Translations under genes and position numbers: made by a program | Part shown: positions 17,872-27,525 of the stretch, one piece after another | Layout: the number at the start of each line of letters is the position of its first letter | How positions within the stretch are numbered: the stretch's first letter is position 1 | The notes under the pieces: model-generated | What the model saw: only the letters and a program-made list of their open reading frames with translations | Told to the model about the DNA's origin: nothing | Database searches by the model: none | Source: Gemmatimonadota bacterium | GTDB taxonomy: Bacteria > Latescibacterota > UBA2968 > UBA8231 | DNA: 40,057 nucleotides | Direction: 5' to 3' | Assembly (NCBI GenBank): GCA_038153405.1 | Contig: JAYOYH010000044.1 | Coordinates: 1-40,057, forward strand

Positions 17872-18826
17872 AGACGATTTGCTCCATAATAGCGCTGGTG
17901 CGCGCGCCGCTCTGGCCGCTACTGGGACAGTGCCCCTTGCCGAGCAGAGCGTCGACAACCGTTTGGACGAGCGGCTGTTGAACATGTGCGGGAGGCGCTA
18001 TATCAAAGATGTGCTCGCCGCTGCTGTGCAGGACGATGGGGGCAAAGGAAAAGGTGGAAAAGTCGATCTGGCCTCTTTCGCCGATGAGCTCGATGCGGTC
18101 GCGGTTTTCGTGCGCGCAAAAGCACCACGCACCGCTGCCCGTCAGGCCAGTGGAAAATTGAAAGGCGGCGCTGACGGTATCCTCGGCGGCGTAGAGATCG
18201 GCGCGATGGGCGGCCGCGCCGCTGGCCCGTTCGATGGGGCCAAAAAGAAAGTCGAGAAAATCGAGCTGATGGGAGGCCAGGTCAAAGAATAGACCGCCGC
18301 CGGAAATGGCAGGGTCGACGCGCCAGGGCAGGTGAGCGGGGTCTACGGCTAGCGGCTTTTGTAGCAGAGTGATGTGAACGGAGTGCACCGGTCCAATCGC
18401 ATCGCTCTCTACCAGTTCTTTTACTTTGAGGAAGTAGGGCAGTGCGCGGCGATAGTAGGCGACGAAGAGCGGCACCTGTGCTCTGTCACAGGCCTCGATC
18501 ATGCGCAGGCACTCCGCATGGGTGCGCGCCATGGGCTTTTCCACGTAGACGGGCTTGCCGGCGCGCGCCGCGCGCACGGTGTATTCGGCGTGCGAATCAG
18601 GCGGCGTCGCTATGTAGACGGCGTTGACTTCCGGGTCGTCAATCAAGGCGTCGGCATCGGCGTAGAAGCGCGGCACGCCGTGGCGCTCGGCATAGTCACG
18701 CGCCCTGTCGGCACTGCGCCGCATAACGGCGACCAGTGCCGAATCGCTGGCCTTTTGCAGAGCGGGGCCGCTCTTCACTTCGGTGACGTCGCCGCAGCCA
18801 ATAATGCCCCAATGCACCCGCTCCAT
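17861..18826 (-). CDS. Gfo/Idh/MocA family oxidoreductase
   Basis: Motifs WGIIGCG, VYIATPP, VYVEKPMA, YYRR, DLASHQLD. Confidence 0.93.
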   Translation of the reverse strand: MERVHWGIIGCGDVTEVKSGPALQKASDSALVAVMRRSADRARDYAERHGVPRFYADADALIDDPEVNAVYIATPPDSHAEYTVRAARAGKPVYVEKPMARTHAECLRMIEACDRAQVPLFVAYYRRALPYFLKVKELVESDAIGPVHSVHITLLQKPLAVDPAHLPWRVDPAISGGGLFFDLASHQLDFLDFLFGPIERASGAAAHRADLYAAEDTVSAAFQFSTGLTGSGAWCFCAHENRDRIELIGERGQIDFSTFSFAPIVLHSSGEHIFDIAPPAHVQQPLVQTVVDALLGKGHCPSSGQSGARTSAIMEQIVYGR

Positions 18827-18848
18827 CGACGTTTCTCCGCTTTTCTAA

Positions 18849-20738
18849 TCAGACCGCCTGGCGCACAACCTGAAGCAGGCCGTTGCCGTATCGCTCGGCT
18901 TTGGCCGGTCCCATGCCGTGCGCTAGCTTGAGTTCGTCGATCGTGGATGGCCGCAGCAGCGCGATGTCGCGCAGGGTGCGATCCGAGGCGACTACGTAGG
19001 GAGGCACGTGCTCTTCGCGCGCCACTTCCATGCGATGGCGGCGCAGCTCTTCAAAGAGATCGCTATCGTTGCCCACTAAATCCGCACTGTGGTCTACCCG
19101 GCGTTTTTTCAGGCGCGCGTGTGCGGGCAGCGCGGCGGTCGCACCCTGGCGCGGTGGCAGCAGTAGGCGCGCCGGCCGCCGCTCGTGAATGACGTCGTTG
19201 CCGGCCTCGGTGAGCACGACGAGCGGGCGATCGCCGCCGTGAAAGTCCATCCACCCGGCCGTCACGCAGCGGCGCAGGAGCTGCACAATCCAGCGCTCAT
19301 CGTACTCGCTGAGCATGCCCCACGAACGCGTTTCTTTGAATCCGGCGCGAACCAGTTTTTTGTCCTGCGTGCCGTGCAGTAGTTTGGCTACAGCCTGCAG
19401 ACCAAATAGACCGTGCAGGCGCGCTACCGCGCACAGCGCCTTGCGGACGACGGTGCTAACTTCCTCGGGACTGCTGGCCTCTTCATCTTCGAAGCGGGTG
19501 CAGACGTCGCAGCGACCGCAGCCCAAGAGCACTTCGTCCTCGTCGCCGAAGTAGCGCAGGATGGCGTCGTGGCGACAGGAGCCGCCCTCCGACCAACGCA
19601 TGAGCTCGAGAAATAGATTCCACTTGTGCTGCGCGGCATCGCCCTCGCCGTCGAGGTTGATCAGCTTACGGCGCAGGGCCATGTCGCCGGGGCCGATCAG
19701 CAGCAGGCAAATGGCGTCGTGACCATCGCGTCCGGCGCGCCCCACTTCTTGATAGTAGGCTTCGACGGAGCCGGGAGGAGCCAGATGGCCAATGGCGCGC
19801 ACGTCGCTGCGGTCGATGCCCATGCCAAAGGCGTTCGTGGCGACCACGACTTCGAGCTGGCCGTCGGCAAAGGCGCGCTGCACGCTATCGCGCTGTTCGC
19901 CTTCCATGCCGGCGTGATAGGCGGCACAACGCCATCCCTCCCCGGCCAGGCGCGCCGCTTCCTCTTCGGAGCTCTTGCGCGTCGGTGCGTAAATAATGGC
20001 CGTTCCTCTGTTGGCGCCGGGTTTACCCAGTGACTCGCCCAGCAGCGCATTGACGCGCCGGGTGCGCTCGGCGCGGCTGGGCGCTTCGGCTACGCGCAGC
20101 GCCAGATTGGGACGCGCAAAGCCGCGCACTAGCTGCGGCGTATTGGTGGGCAGACCGAGTCGCTCGAGAATCTCATCGCGCACGACGGGCGTGGCCGTGG
20201 CCGTGCAGGCCAGCACGCGCGCCTGTGGCAGGTCCTCAATTAAATTGCCGATTTGCAGGTATTCGGGGCGAAAGTCGTGTCCCCACTCGCTAATACAGTG
20301 CGCTTCGTCAATGGCGACAAGGGGGCAGTTGAGTTGGCGCAAGAGGGCGCGGAAGCCGCTGTGTACCAGGCGCTCGGGTGCCGCGTAGACAATTTTGTAG
20401 TGGCCGGCCGCTGCCGACTGCATGCGCAGGCGCAGCTCGTCGGCAGCGAGCGTGGAGGCCAAATACGTAGCGGCCAGGCCGCGCGCTTCGAGGGCGAGGA
20501 CCTGGTCTTGCATGAGCGAGATAAGCGGCGAGACGACGAGCGTGGTGCCTTCAAGAAGCGCGGCGGGCAGCTGGTAGGTCAGGCTTTTGCCGCCGCCGGT
20601 GGGGGCGACCAGCAGCAGGCGCCCGCCGTGCAGCAGCGTTTCAATGGCTTCGCGCTGTCCCGGTCGAAAGGCATCAAAACCGAGGCTCAGCAGGCCGCTG
20701 TCCAAGTCGAGTGGCTGTGGCTGCGCTACAGCGCTCAT
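18849..20738 (-). CDS. recQ: RecQ family DNA helicase with Zn-binding, RQC and HRDC domains
   Basis: Motifs FRPGQ, PTGGGKSLTYQLP, DEAHCISEWGHDFRPEY, ATNAFGMGID, QEVGRAGRDG, CRH..CGRCDVC, and HRDC VPPYVVASDRTL. Confidence 0.93.
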   Translation of the reverse strand: MSAVAQPQPLDLDSGLLSLGFDAFRPGQREAIETLLHGGRLLLVAPTGGGKSLTYQLPAALLEGTTLVVSPLISLMQDQVLALEARGLAATYLASTLAADELRLRMQSAAAGHYKIVYAAPERLVHSGFRALLRQLNCPLVAIDEAHCISEWGHDFRPEYLQIGNLIEDLPQARVLACTATATPVVRDEILERLGLPTNTPQLVRGFARPNLALRVAEAPSRAERTRRVNALLGESLGKPGANRGTAIIYAPTRKSSEEEAARLAGEGWRCAAYHAGMEGEQRDSVQRAFADGQLEVVVATNAFGMGIDRSDVRAIGHLAPPGSVEAYYQEVGRAGRDGHDAICLLLIGPGDMALRRKLINLDGEGDAAQHKWNLFLELMRWSEGGSCRHDAILRYFGDEDEVLLGCGRCDVCTRFEDEEASSPEEVSTVVRKALCAVARLHGLFGLQAVAKLLHGTQDKKLVRAGFKETRSWGMLSEYDERWIVQLLRRCVTAGWMDFHGGDRPLVVLTEAGNDVIHERRPARLLLPPRQGATAALPAHARLKKRRVDHSADLVGNDSDLFEELRRHRMEVAREEHVPPYVVASDRTLRDIALLRPSTIDELKLAHGMGPAKAERYGNGLLQVVRQAV

Positions 20739-21115
20739 TCGCTCTCCATGGCGCGCAGGACCTGGTCGGCGCGCGTCAGGCCATCCCAGGCGGCGGCAAA
20801 GCCGGCGTAGATGGCCACCTGAAAAAAGACCTCGACGATTTCCTCGCGCGTCGCGCCGTTGTTGATGGCCATGCGCACGTTGAGATCAAGTGCGTTGACC
20901 CGACCCAACGCCGATAGGATGGCGATGCTACACAGGCTGCGCGTGCGCAGGTCGAGCTGGGGTCGCGACCATATCTCGCCGCCGATAAAGCCCATAACGG
21001 CGCGCTCGAAATCCGGGGATAGCGCCTGAAAGCGCGCGCGCAGTTCGTCAATGGAGCTGCGCCCGACCATCTGCGCGAACTGCTCGATGCCCTTTCTGTA
21101 CTGTTCCTCGTTCAT
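20735..21115 (-). CDS. Carboxymuconolactone decarboxylase (CMD/PcaC-like) family protein
   Basis: Motifs GEIWSRPQLDLRTRSL, AINNGATREEIVEV, YAGF. Confidence 0.88.
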   Translation of the reverse strand: MNEEQYRKGIEQFAQMVGRSSIDELRARFQALSPDFERAVMGFIGGEIWSRPQLDLRTRSLCSIAILSALGRVNALDLNVRMAINNGATREEIVEVFFQVAIYAGFAAAWDGLTRADQVLRAMESE

Positions 21116-21129
21116 TGCGTCAGCGCACT

Positions 21130-21936
21130 TTAGGCCAACACGCCCTCGACGTGTTCGTCGAATAAGTCGACGTCTTTGGCGATCATATCGGGATCGTCTT
21201 TGAGGAATACGCCGATCAGCGCCACGTCGTTCTCGCGCATGGCGCCGCCCAGCGTCTCAAAGGCCTCGACTACGGGCCTATTGCCACCGGCGAAGATCTT
21301 GTAGTGCACGACGGGGCGGGCAATGGTGGCGATGACGTCGAGCATGGCCTGGCGGTCTTCCTCTTCCCACTTCTCGCCTTCGCTCCTGTGGTGGGCATCG
21401 CGCGAACGATCCGTCGGGTTGTAGTGCGAGCACATCTGGAAGTCGGGCTGCAGGTGGTCGCGTATCCACGCCTGCGCGCGCGGCTGGTGAGCGGCAAAGC
21501 CGCTGACAATACCGGCATCATCCATGCGCTGCTGCGCTTCTTCAAAGAGGTCCCAACGCTCACTGGCGTGCCAGTTATCGACCACGCCGCCGTGGATATA
21601 GGCTCCGGTGCACCCCAGTTTGACAGCGCCGTCCAGCCACTTGCGCCAGGCGTCGGGATCGCCGCGCTCAATGCACACCTGGGCAAACCACTGAATGCGT
21701 CCACCGCCGTCCCAATAGTCTTTGAGGACGGAGAATACGTGATCGTCCGTGCGGCCGAAAAAGGCGTTGATGCCGTGCTCCTCGGCCGTGCGGAGTACCT
21801 CGTGAATGCGCTCGGGCGTGTGATAGTCGAGCATTTCCCGATTGCGCTCGGGACTCTGGTGCGAAAAGCCGGAGAACGGGTTGCCGCCGATGCAGAGTCC
21901 CGAGACTTGGGCAGTGCCGATGGTGCGCAGTCGCAT
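21130..21936 (-). CDS. Conserved hypothetical protein, AKR-like barrel
   Basis: MRLRTIGTAQVSGLCIGGNPFSGFSH resembles an AKR N-terminus; also YKIFAGG. Start at 21936 with GGAG RBS. Confidence 0.65.
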   Translation of the reverse strand: MRLRTIGTAQVSGLCIGGNPFSGFSHQSPERNREMLDYHTPERIHEVLRTAEEHGINAFFGRTDDHVFSVLKDYWDGGGRIQWFAQVCIERGDPDAWRKWLDGAVKLGCTGAYIHGGVVDNWHASERWDLFEEAQQRMDDAGIVSGFAAHQPRAQAWIRDHLQPDFQMCSHYNPTDRSRDAHHRSEGEKWEEEDRQAMLDVIATIARPVVHYKIFAGGNRPVVEAFETLGGAMRENDVALIGVFLKDDPDMIAKDVDLFDEHVEGVLA

Positions 21937-22451
21937 GGTGTAACTCCGAAGAATGAAGACGGCGCGACGGCCCTGAAGCGATCTAACCGTTTGAAAGCGA
22001 GCGGAAGAGACGCCGCACCGCCACAGCAGTGCGCCGTGACGAAAAGAGTGCATGGAGCGATGGAAAGGCGATATATCAGAGGACAATATATGCGATTTCC
22101 CACCCTTATCAATGGAGGCGATAGGGCCGTAAGGACGGTAGCCGATCTTAAAAAACGGCCGCGGATCCGCATTGAATGGTCGGCGGGGCACGCGTATTGG
22201 CAGTTTGCGGGCCATGCCAGCCTTCTGCTGAGCGATGCGCTCGGCAGAGCACGAGCGGTGTAGGGGCCGTATCTGGCACGGCGCACTTGCCCAACGGAAA
22301 GCAAAGGTGTTCTATATATATTACTGATAAAAGGGCCATCGCCTTCAGGCGTGTCGCGCGTCAATGTGTCCGTCGCTGCTCTCCTACAAGTTGCTACGCC
22401 CTCTTTACGACAGCACTCGTCGCGTATTTTCAGCACCAATATGTCAAAGCG

Positions 22452-24221
22452 ATGCCTATGAGCAATTCCGCGCGAACAGCCGCTCCTTCTCACCGCTACC
22501 TGCCTTCGCTCAACTGGATACTGCACTATCGCCGCGACGATCTGGCCGGCGACTGCACGGCGGGCTTCGTCGTGGCCATTATGCTGGCGCCGCAGGGCAT
22601 GGCCTATGCCATGTTGGCCGGATTGCCGCCCGAGGCGGGCCTCTACTCCAGCATATTGCCCCTGATCGTCTATGCTTTGCTGGGCACCAGTCGCGCCCTG
22701 TCGGTCGGACCGATGGCCGTCACCTCGCTCATGGTGGCCAGTGGCCTGGCGCCGCTGGCTGCTGCGGGCAGTGCACACTACGTCGAATTGGCGCTCGCGC
22801 TGGCCATGCTGGTGGGGCTGATAAAGGTTTTTATGGGCCTGCTGCGCTTCGGCTTTTTGGCCGACTTGCTCAGTTACGCGGTTATATCGGGTTACACCAG
22901 TGCGGCTGCGCTGATTATCATAGCCGACCAACTGCGCCATCTGTTGGGCATACCGCTACCGCGTCAGGACGCCTTTTACTCGTCGGTGATCAACCTGATC
23001 GAGAAGGGACCGCAGGCCAACGCGTACACCGCGTGCATCGGACTGGCCAGCATCGCCTTTTTGCTGCTGTGCAAGGGGCCGTTTAAGCGCTTTCTGCGCG
23101 GCATGGGCGTTGCCGACAAGCTGGCTATACCGCTCGTGCAGGGCGCCCCGCTGGGGCTGGTGGTCATCGCAGCGTTCGCGGTGTGGAGCATGGAATGGTC
23201 TGATCGCGCCGGCGTGGCCGTCGTCGGCACGCTGCCGCAGGGCTTGCCCTCGTTGGCCCTGCCGACGCTGCAGGTGGACGTGCTGCGCGATCTGTTTCCG
23301 TTGGCCCTAGCAATCAGCCTGGTTAGTTTTACCGGCAGTATTGCCGTGGCCAAGTCGCTGACCAGTCGCCGCCGCCAGCGCATTGAGGCGAATTGGGAAC
23401 TCTTCGGTTTGGGCGCGGCCAATCTGAGCGCTGCCCTGTCCGGGGGCGTGGTGGTGACGGGTGGGTTGAGCCGCTCGTTGGTCAACTTTGCCGCCGGCGC
23501 CAATACCGGCTTAGCCTCTATAATCACGGCGTTGCTCATCACGTTGGTTGTGCTGTACTTTACCCCGCTATTTTATTACCTCCCGCGCGCGGCGCTGGCG
23601 GCGATCATCGCCGTGGCGGCCGCCAATATTATCGACCTGCGCACCGTCCTGCATATGTGGCGCTACAGCAAAGCGGACTCCGCCTCGCTGGTGGCAACTT
23701 TGGCGGCGGTGCTCGTCTTGGGCGTGGAGCGCGGCATCGCTATTGGCGTCGGCGCATCGCTCTTGCTCTTTCTATGGCGCACGAGCAAGCCGCGCGTGGT
23801 CGAGCTGGGGCGATTGGACGACGGCGAACTGTTCCGCAGCGTCGCGCACCACCGAGTGAAGACCTATGCATCGATTCTCATACTGCGCGTCGACGAGAGC
23901 CTCTACTTTGCCAACGCCAACCAGCTGGAACGCCAGCTGCTCAACGAGGTGGCTGAACGGCCTCAGGTCGATCATTTGGTGCTGGTGTGTAGTGCGGTCA
24001 ACTATGTCGACGCCAGCGCCTTAGAGACGCTGGAACGGCTAAATGAAGAGCTCGCCTCGGCTGGGGTAGACATGCATTTGGCCGAAGTGAAGGAAGCGGT
24101 AATGGACAGCTTTGCCAAAACGGAATTTGCGCGCCGGCTCAAAGCGGGGCGCATATACGCCAGCACGCACGAGGCCGTTGAGGCGCTCAACCGGCCACAG
24201 CAGGCATCATATCACATATAG
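22452..24221 (+). CDS. sulP: SulP/SLC26 anion transporter with STAS domain
   Basis: Motifs PQGMAYAMLAGLPP..GLY, SVGP, GGLSRSLVN, and STAS ESLYFAN, VNYVDASALE. Start at 22452 or 22458. Confidence 0.94.
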   Translation: MPMSNSARTAAPSHRYLPSLNWILHYRRDDLAGDCTAGFVVAIMLAPQGMAYAMLAGLPPEAGLYSSILPLIVYALLGTSRALSVGPMAVTSLMVASGLAPLAAAGSAHYVELALALAMLVGLIKVFMGLLRFGFLADLLSYAVISGYTSAAALIIIADQLRHLLGIPLPRQDAFYSSVINLIEKGPQANAYTACIGLASIAFLLLCKGPFKRFLRGMGVADKLAIPLVQGAPLGLVVIAAFAVWSMEWSDRAGVAVVGTLPQGLPSLALPTLQVDVLRDLFPLALAISLVSFTGSIAVAKSLTSRRRQRIEANWELFGLGAANLSAALSGGVVVTGGLSRSLVNFAAGANTGLASIITALLITLVVLYFTPLFYYLPRAALAAIIAVAAANIIDLRTVLHMWRYSKADSASLVATLAAVLVLGVERGIAIGVGASLLLFLWRTSKPRVVELGRLDDGELFRSVAHHRVKTYASILILRVDESLYFANANQLERQLLNEVAERPQVDHLVLVCSAVNYVDASALETLERLNEELASAGVDMHLAEVKEAVMDSFAKTEFARRLKAGRIYASTHEAVEALNRPQQASYHI

Positions 24222-24228
24222 GAGGCAT

Positions 24229-24717
24229 ATGGAACTACTGACCCAACCTTGGCCCTGGTATATAGGCGGGCCGCTCATCGGACTCACCGTACCGGCCTTG
24301 CTGCTGTTGGTGGGAAAGCCCTTTGGCATATCGAGCAGTTTCCGCCATCTGGGTTCGATCTGCTCGCCCAAGACAAGCATCGCCTACCTCAGGGAAAACG
24401 ACTGGCGCAGCGAACTGTGGAGCTTGGTCTTTGTAGTTGGCGTGATTGCCGGCTCGTTTATCGCGTCGCACTACTTGAGCGATTCGGTCGTGCGCCTATT
24501 ACCAGACCATTATCACCAGTGGAGCGGTGGGCTAAGGCTTTTCATCGGCGGCTTGCTGGTGGGATTTGGCACGCGCTACGCCGACGGCTGCACGTCGGGC
24601 CATTCTATAATGGGCCTGTCCAGCTTAAAGTGGCCCAGCCTGGTGGCGACGATATGCTTTTTTATCGGCGGTCTCATCGCGATCAATGCGTTGGACCTAT
24701 GGGCGCCAGCGCCTTAG
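24229..24717 (+). CDS. YeeE/YedE family sulfur-compound transporter subunit
   Basis: Motifs PWPWYIGG, FGISSSF, GFGTRYADGCTSGH; GGAGG RBS. Confidence 0.9.
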   Translation: MELLTQPWPWYIGGPLIGLTVPALLLLVGKPFGISSSFRHLGSICSPKTSIAYLRENDWRSELWSLVFVVGVIAGSFIASHYLSDSVVRLLPDHYHQWSGGLRLFIGGLLVGFGTRYADGCTSGHSIMGLSSLKWPSLVATICFFIGGLIAINALDLWAPAP

Positions 24718-24743
24718 GCGCTATTTTTCAAAGGACCGATCAG

Positions 24744-25154
24744 ATGAACCTCATTTTTTCCCTGTTGGCGGGAAGCATTTTTGGCGCCGTCTTGACCAAG
24801 TCAGAAGTGGCTTCCTGGTTTCGCATTCAGAAGATGTTTCGATTTGAAGAAGCGCATATGTTTTTGATCATTGGCTCGGCGGTGGCCGTTGGTGCCGTAT
24901 CCATTCTACTGATCCAGAAGTTGGGTTTACACACGCTGGAAGGTAGGGAAGTGGTCATCCGCGAGAAGTCCTACCACAAGGGCGTGGTAATTGGCGGCGT
25001 GCTTTTTGGCATGGGGTGGGTTGTTACCGGCGCCTGCCCCGGACCGATCTATGCGCAAATTGGCGCCGGCGAGTACTGGGCGGCGTTTTCTTTCTTGGGC
25101 GCGTTCTGCGGGGCGTACCTATACGCGTGGCTGCGTCCGCGCCTGCCGCATTAA
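24744..25154 (+). CDS. YeeE/YedE family partner subunit
   Basis: Motifs SWFRIQKMFRF, HMFLIIGSAV, GGVLFGMGWVVTGACPGP. Start MNLIF at 24744. Confidence 0.88.
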   Translation: MNLIFSLLAGSIFGAVLTKSEVASWFRIQKMFRFEEAHMFLIIGSAVAVGAVSILLIQKLGLHTLEGREVVIREKSYHKGVVIGGVLFGMGWVVTGACPGPIYAQIGAGEYWAAFSFLGAFCGAYLYAWLRPRLPH

Positions 25155-25169
25155 CCGAGAGGAAAGACC

Positions 25170-26555
25170 ATGCTGCTTAAGCAATACTATCTCCAATGCT
25201 TAGCCCACGCCTCCTACCTGCTGGGCGATGAGGAGACGGGCACGGCCGCCGTCATCGATCCGCAGCGCGATATAGACCAGTACATCGCCGATGCCGACGC
25301 GCGCGGATTGCAGATTCGGCACGTGTTTCTCACCCACTTCCATGCCGACTTTGTCGCCGGTCATTTGGAACTGCGCGAACGCACGGGAGCCCAAATTTAC
25401 TTGGGCGTTCGCGCCGAGGCGCAATACGAGTTCACGCCTATGGGCGACGGCAGCGAAGTGCGCTTTGGCCAGGTGCTGCTGCGCTCCATAGAGACGCCGG
25501 GCCACACGCCTGAGTCGGTTTGCATACTGATCTACGATCTGGCGGAGAGCGCCGATACACCCCACGCCGTGCTGACCGGCGATACACTCTTTATCGGCGA
25601 CGTCGGTCGCCCCGATTTGGGCGCGTCCGTCGGTTGGAAGGCCGAAGACTTAGCCGGCATGCTCTACGAGTCGCTGCACGACAAGCTGTTGCCCAAGGTG
25701 GTCGATGAAACGCTGGTCTATCCGGCACACGGAGCGGGTTCGATGTGCGGTCGCAGCCTCAGCGAGGAGACATTTTCAACCGTGGGCAACCAGCGGCGCT
25801 ACAACTACGCGCTGCAGGCTATGTCGCGCGACGCCTTTGTGAGTATGGTCACGGCCGACCAGCCCGAAGCACCGGCCTACTTTAGCTATGATGCCGAGAT
25901 GAATGCGCGCGAACGGGCCATCTTAGACGATAACCTAGCCGCCAATTACCGGGCGCTGTCGCTGGAAGACGTGCTGGCGCTACAGAAGGACGGCGCGCAG
26001 ATTTTGGACGTGCGCGAGGCGGAGGATTTTGCCGGTGCCCACCTCAAGGCCAGCGTAAATGTCGCGCTCGACGGCCGCTATGCTTCGTGGTCTGGCACGG
26101 TGTTGGACAGCGACCGTGCCATCGTCATTATCGCACCGCCCGGCAGCGAGCAAGAGGCGGCCATGCGCTTGGGTCGGATAGGCTTTGATCGGGTGTTGGG
26201 CTATTTGCAGGACGGCATGTTGGCGCTGCAGGACCGGGCCGATCTCATCGGTCGCGTGGCGCGGATAACGGCGCGCGACTTAAACGAGTGGTCGGGCGAT
26301 GCGCTGTGGGTGTTAGACGTGCGCACGGCATCTGAGCGCGAGGGATTCCACATACCGGGCAGCCAGAACATTCCCCTCAATCGCCTGAGGGAAGAAGTCG
26401 ATCAGGTGCCGGCAGACCGGCCGGTAGTCGTCTACTGCGCCGGCGGCTACCGCTCGTCCATTGCCGCCAGTATGCTAATGCAGCGCGGCAGACGGGTGTA
26501 CGATTTGGTCGGTGGCATTGCCTCCTACGAGGCCCTGCGGGAAGGAACCGGCTGA
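25170..26555 (+). CDS. Persulfide dioxygenase (MBL fold) fused to pseudo-rhodanese and rhodanese domains, CstB-like
   Basis: Motifs THFHADF, TPGHTPE, GDTLFIGDVGRPDL, PAHGAGSMCG. The middle rhodanese domain has no active-site Cys; the last has YCAGGYRS. Confidence 0.9.
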   Translation: MLLKQYYLQCLAHASYLLGDEETGTAAVIDPQRDIDQYIADADARGLQIRHVFLTHFHADFVAGHLELRERTGAQIYLGVRAEAQYEFTPMGDGSEVRFGQVLLRSIETPGHTPESVCILIYDLAESADTPHAVLTGDTLFIGDVGRPDLGASVGWKAEDLAGMLYESLHDKLLPKVVDETLVYPAHGAGSMCGRSLSEETFSTVGNQRRYNYALQAMSRDAFVSMVTADQPEAPAYFSYDAEMNARERAILDDNLAANYRALSLEDVLALQKDGAQILDVREAEDFAGAHLKASVNVALDGRYASWSGTVLDSDRAIVIIAPPGSEQEAAMRLGRIGFDRVLGYLQDGMLALQDRADLIGRVARITARDLNEWSGDALWVLDVRTASEREGFHIPGSQNIPLNRLREEVDQVPADRPVVVYCAGGYRSSIAASMLMQRGRRVYDLVGGIASYEALREGTG

Positions 26556-26557
26556 AG

Positions 26558-27466
26558 CTAGGCTGAATCCCAGGTCTTTTGCACTTGGGCGATGCGCGCC
26601 TTCCACTCGGCGCTGAGGGCGCCGCCGTTGGACGAAGCGACGTTCTCGCGCAGCTGCGCGCTGGTGCGCGCGCCGGGAATCGTGCACGAAACCGCGCTGG
26701 CGCTTAGGCTAAAGTGGTGGGCTAGGCGCGTCAGCCCGCCTTCGTACTGAGCGCCGAGCGGCTTGAGCGTTTCGGCGCGCGCAATGCGTTCTTGCATGCT
26801 CTTGCCGGCGCGCGCGGCGCGGTGATTATCGGGTACCTCTTGGCCAGGGGCGAATTTGCCGCTGAGGATGCCCTGCGCCAGCGGCAGCCTGCACAGCAGG
26901 GCAACGCCCTGCGCCTCGGCCAGCGGCAAGAGCGTCTCGGCGGCCGATGTATCGAGTAGGTTATAGGTGATCTGCAGCGCTTCGACGAGGTTCTGTTCGA
27001 GGAGCCACACCCCGTCGGCGGCGCTGTTGACGGCGACGGCGCGCGCGCCAATTTTGCCCTCTTCCTGCAGCTCTTGTAGGCCAAGCGCCCAGTCGTAGCT
27101 CTGCATGTCGTCGCGGCTGGGGCTGTGCAGCTGATAGAGATCGATGCGGTCGCGCTGCAGCCTTTTCAAGCTCGCCTCACAGGCCGCTTTCACGTGTGCC
27201 TTTGAAAAGTCCTTGCCCGAGCTGCCCCCTACTTTGCTGGCAATGTAGACGCCGGTGTCGTTGCCCAACGCCTTCCCCAAGATGGCCTCGCTGCCCCCCT
27301 GTTGATAGGCTTCGGCCGTATCGAAGATCGTCACGCCGAGATCGGCCGCTTCGCGCACGAGATCGATCCAATGCGATTCGGGACACTGGGCCTCGGCCAG
27401 TCTGTTGCATCCCATACCAACTTCCGAGACGAACAGCCCCGTGTTGCCCAGCGGACGCGTGTGCAT
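26558..27466 (-). CDS. Aldo/keto reductase
   Basis: Motifs RPLGNTGLFVSEVGMG, FDTAEAY, SLKRLQRDRIDLYQLH, IPGART. Start MHTRP at 27466 with GGAG RBS. Confidence 0.92.
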   Translation of the reverse strand: MHTRPLGNTGLFVSEVGMGCNRLAEAQCPESHWIDLVREAADLGVTIFDTAEAYQQGGSEAILGKALGNDTGVYIASKVGGSSGKDFSKAHVKAACEASLKRLQRDRIDLYQLHSPSRDDMQSYDWALGLQELQEEGKIGARAVAVNSAADGVWLLEQNLVEALQITYNLLDTSAAETLLPLAEAQGVALLCRLPLAQGILSGKFAPGQEVPDNHRAARAGKSMQERIARAETLKPLGAQYEGGLTRLAHHFSLSASAVSCTIPGARTSAQLRENVASSNGGALSAEWKARIAQVQKTWDSA

Positions 27467-27525
27467 ATCTATCGCTCCAATGAGAGTGTTGTCCAAAGAT
27501 AAAATCGCATGGCGCTGGCAGACAC

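Noticed and set aside
7849..20738. Two SF2 helicases as a possible anti-phage system
   Set aside because: Both are canonical housekeeping HrpB and RecQ, over 8 kb apart, with no nuclease or defence-type partners.
22103..22180. SAM-I riboswitch-like start (CTTATCAA..GGAGG) upstream of the sulfur operon
   Set aside because: The core GCAAC, GTGC and closing GATAA elements are not in place.
22274..22290. Sigma54-like TGGCACG..TTGC upstream of sulP
   Set aside because: GG-to-GC spacing is 12 nt rather than the required 10.
21270..22940. 556-aa minus-strand ORF and other long overlapping ORFs (685-1734, 21304-22263, 28108-29007, 13247-13960)
   Set aside because: They have no recognisable motifs and overlap well-supported genes; such shadows are expected in GC-rich DNA.
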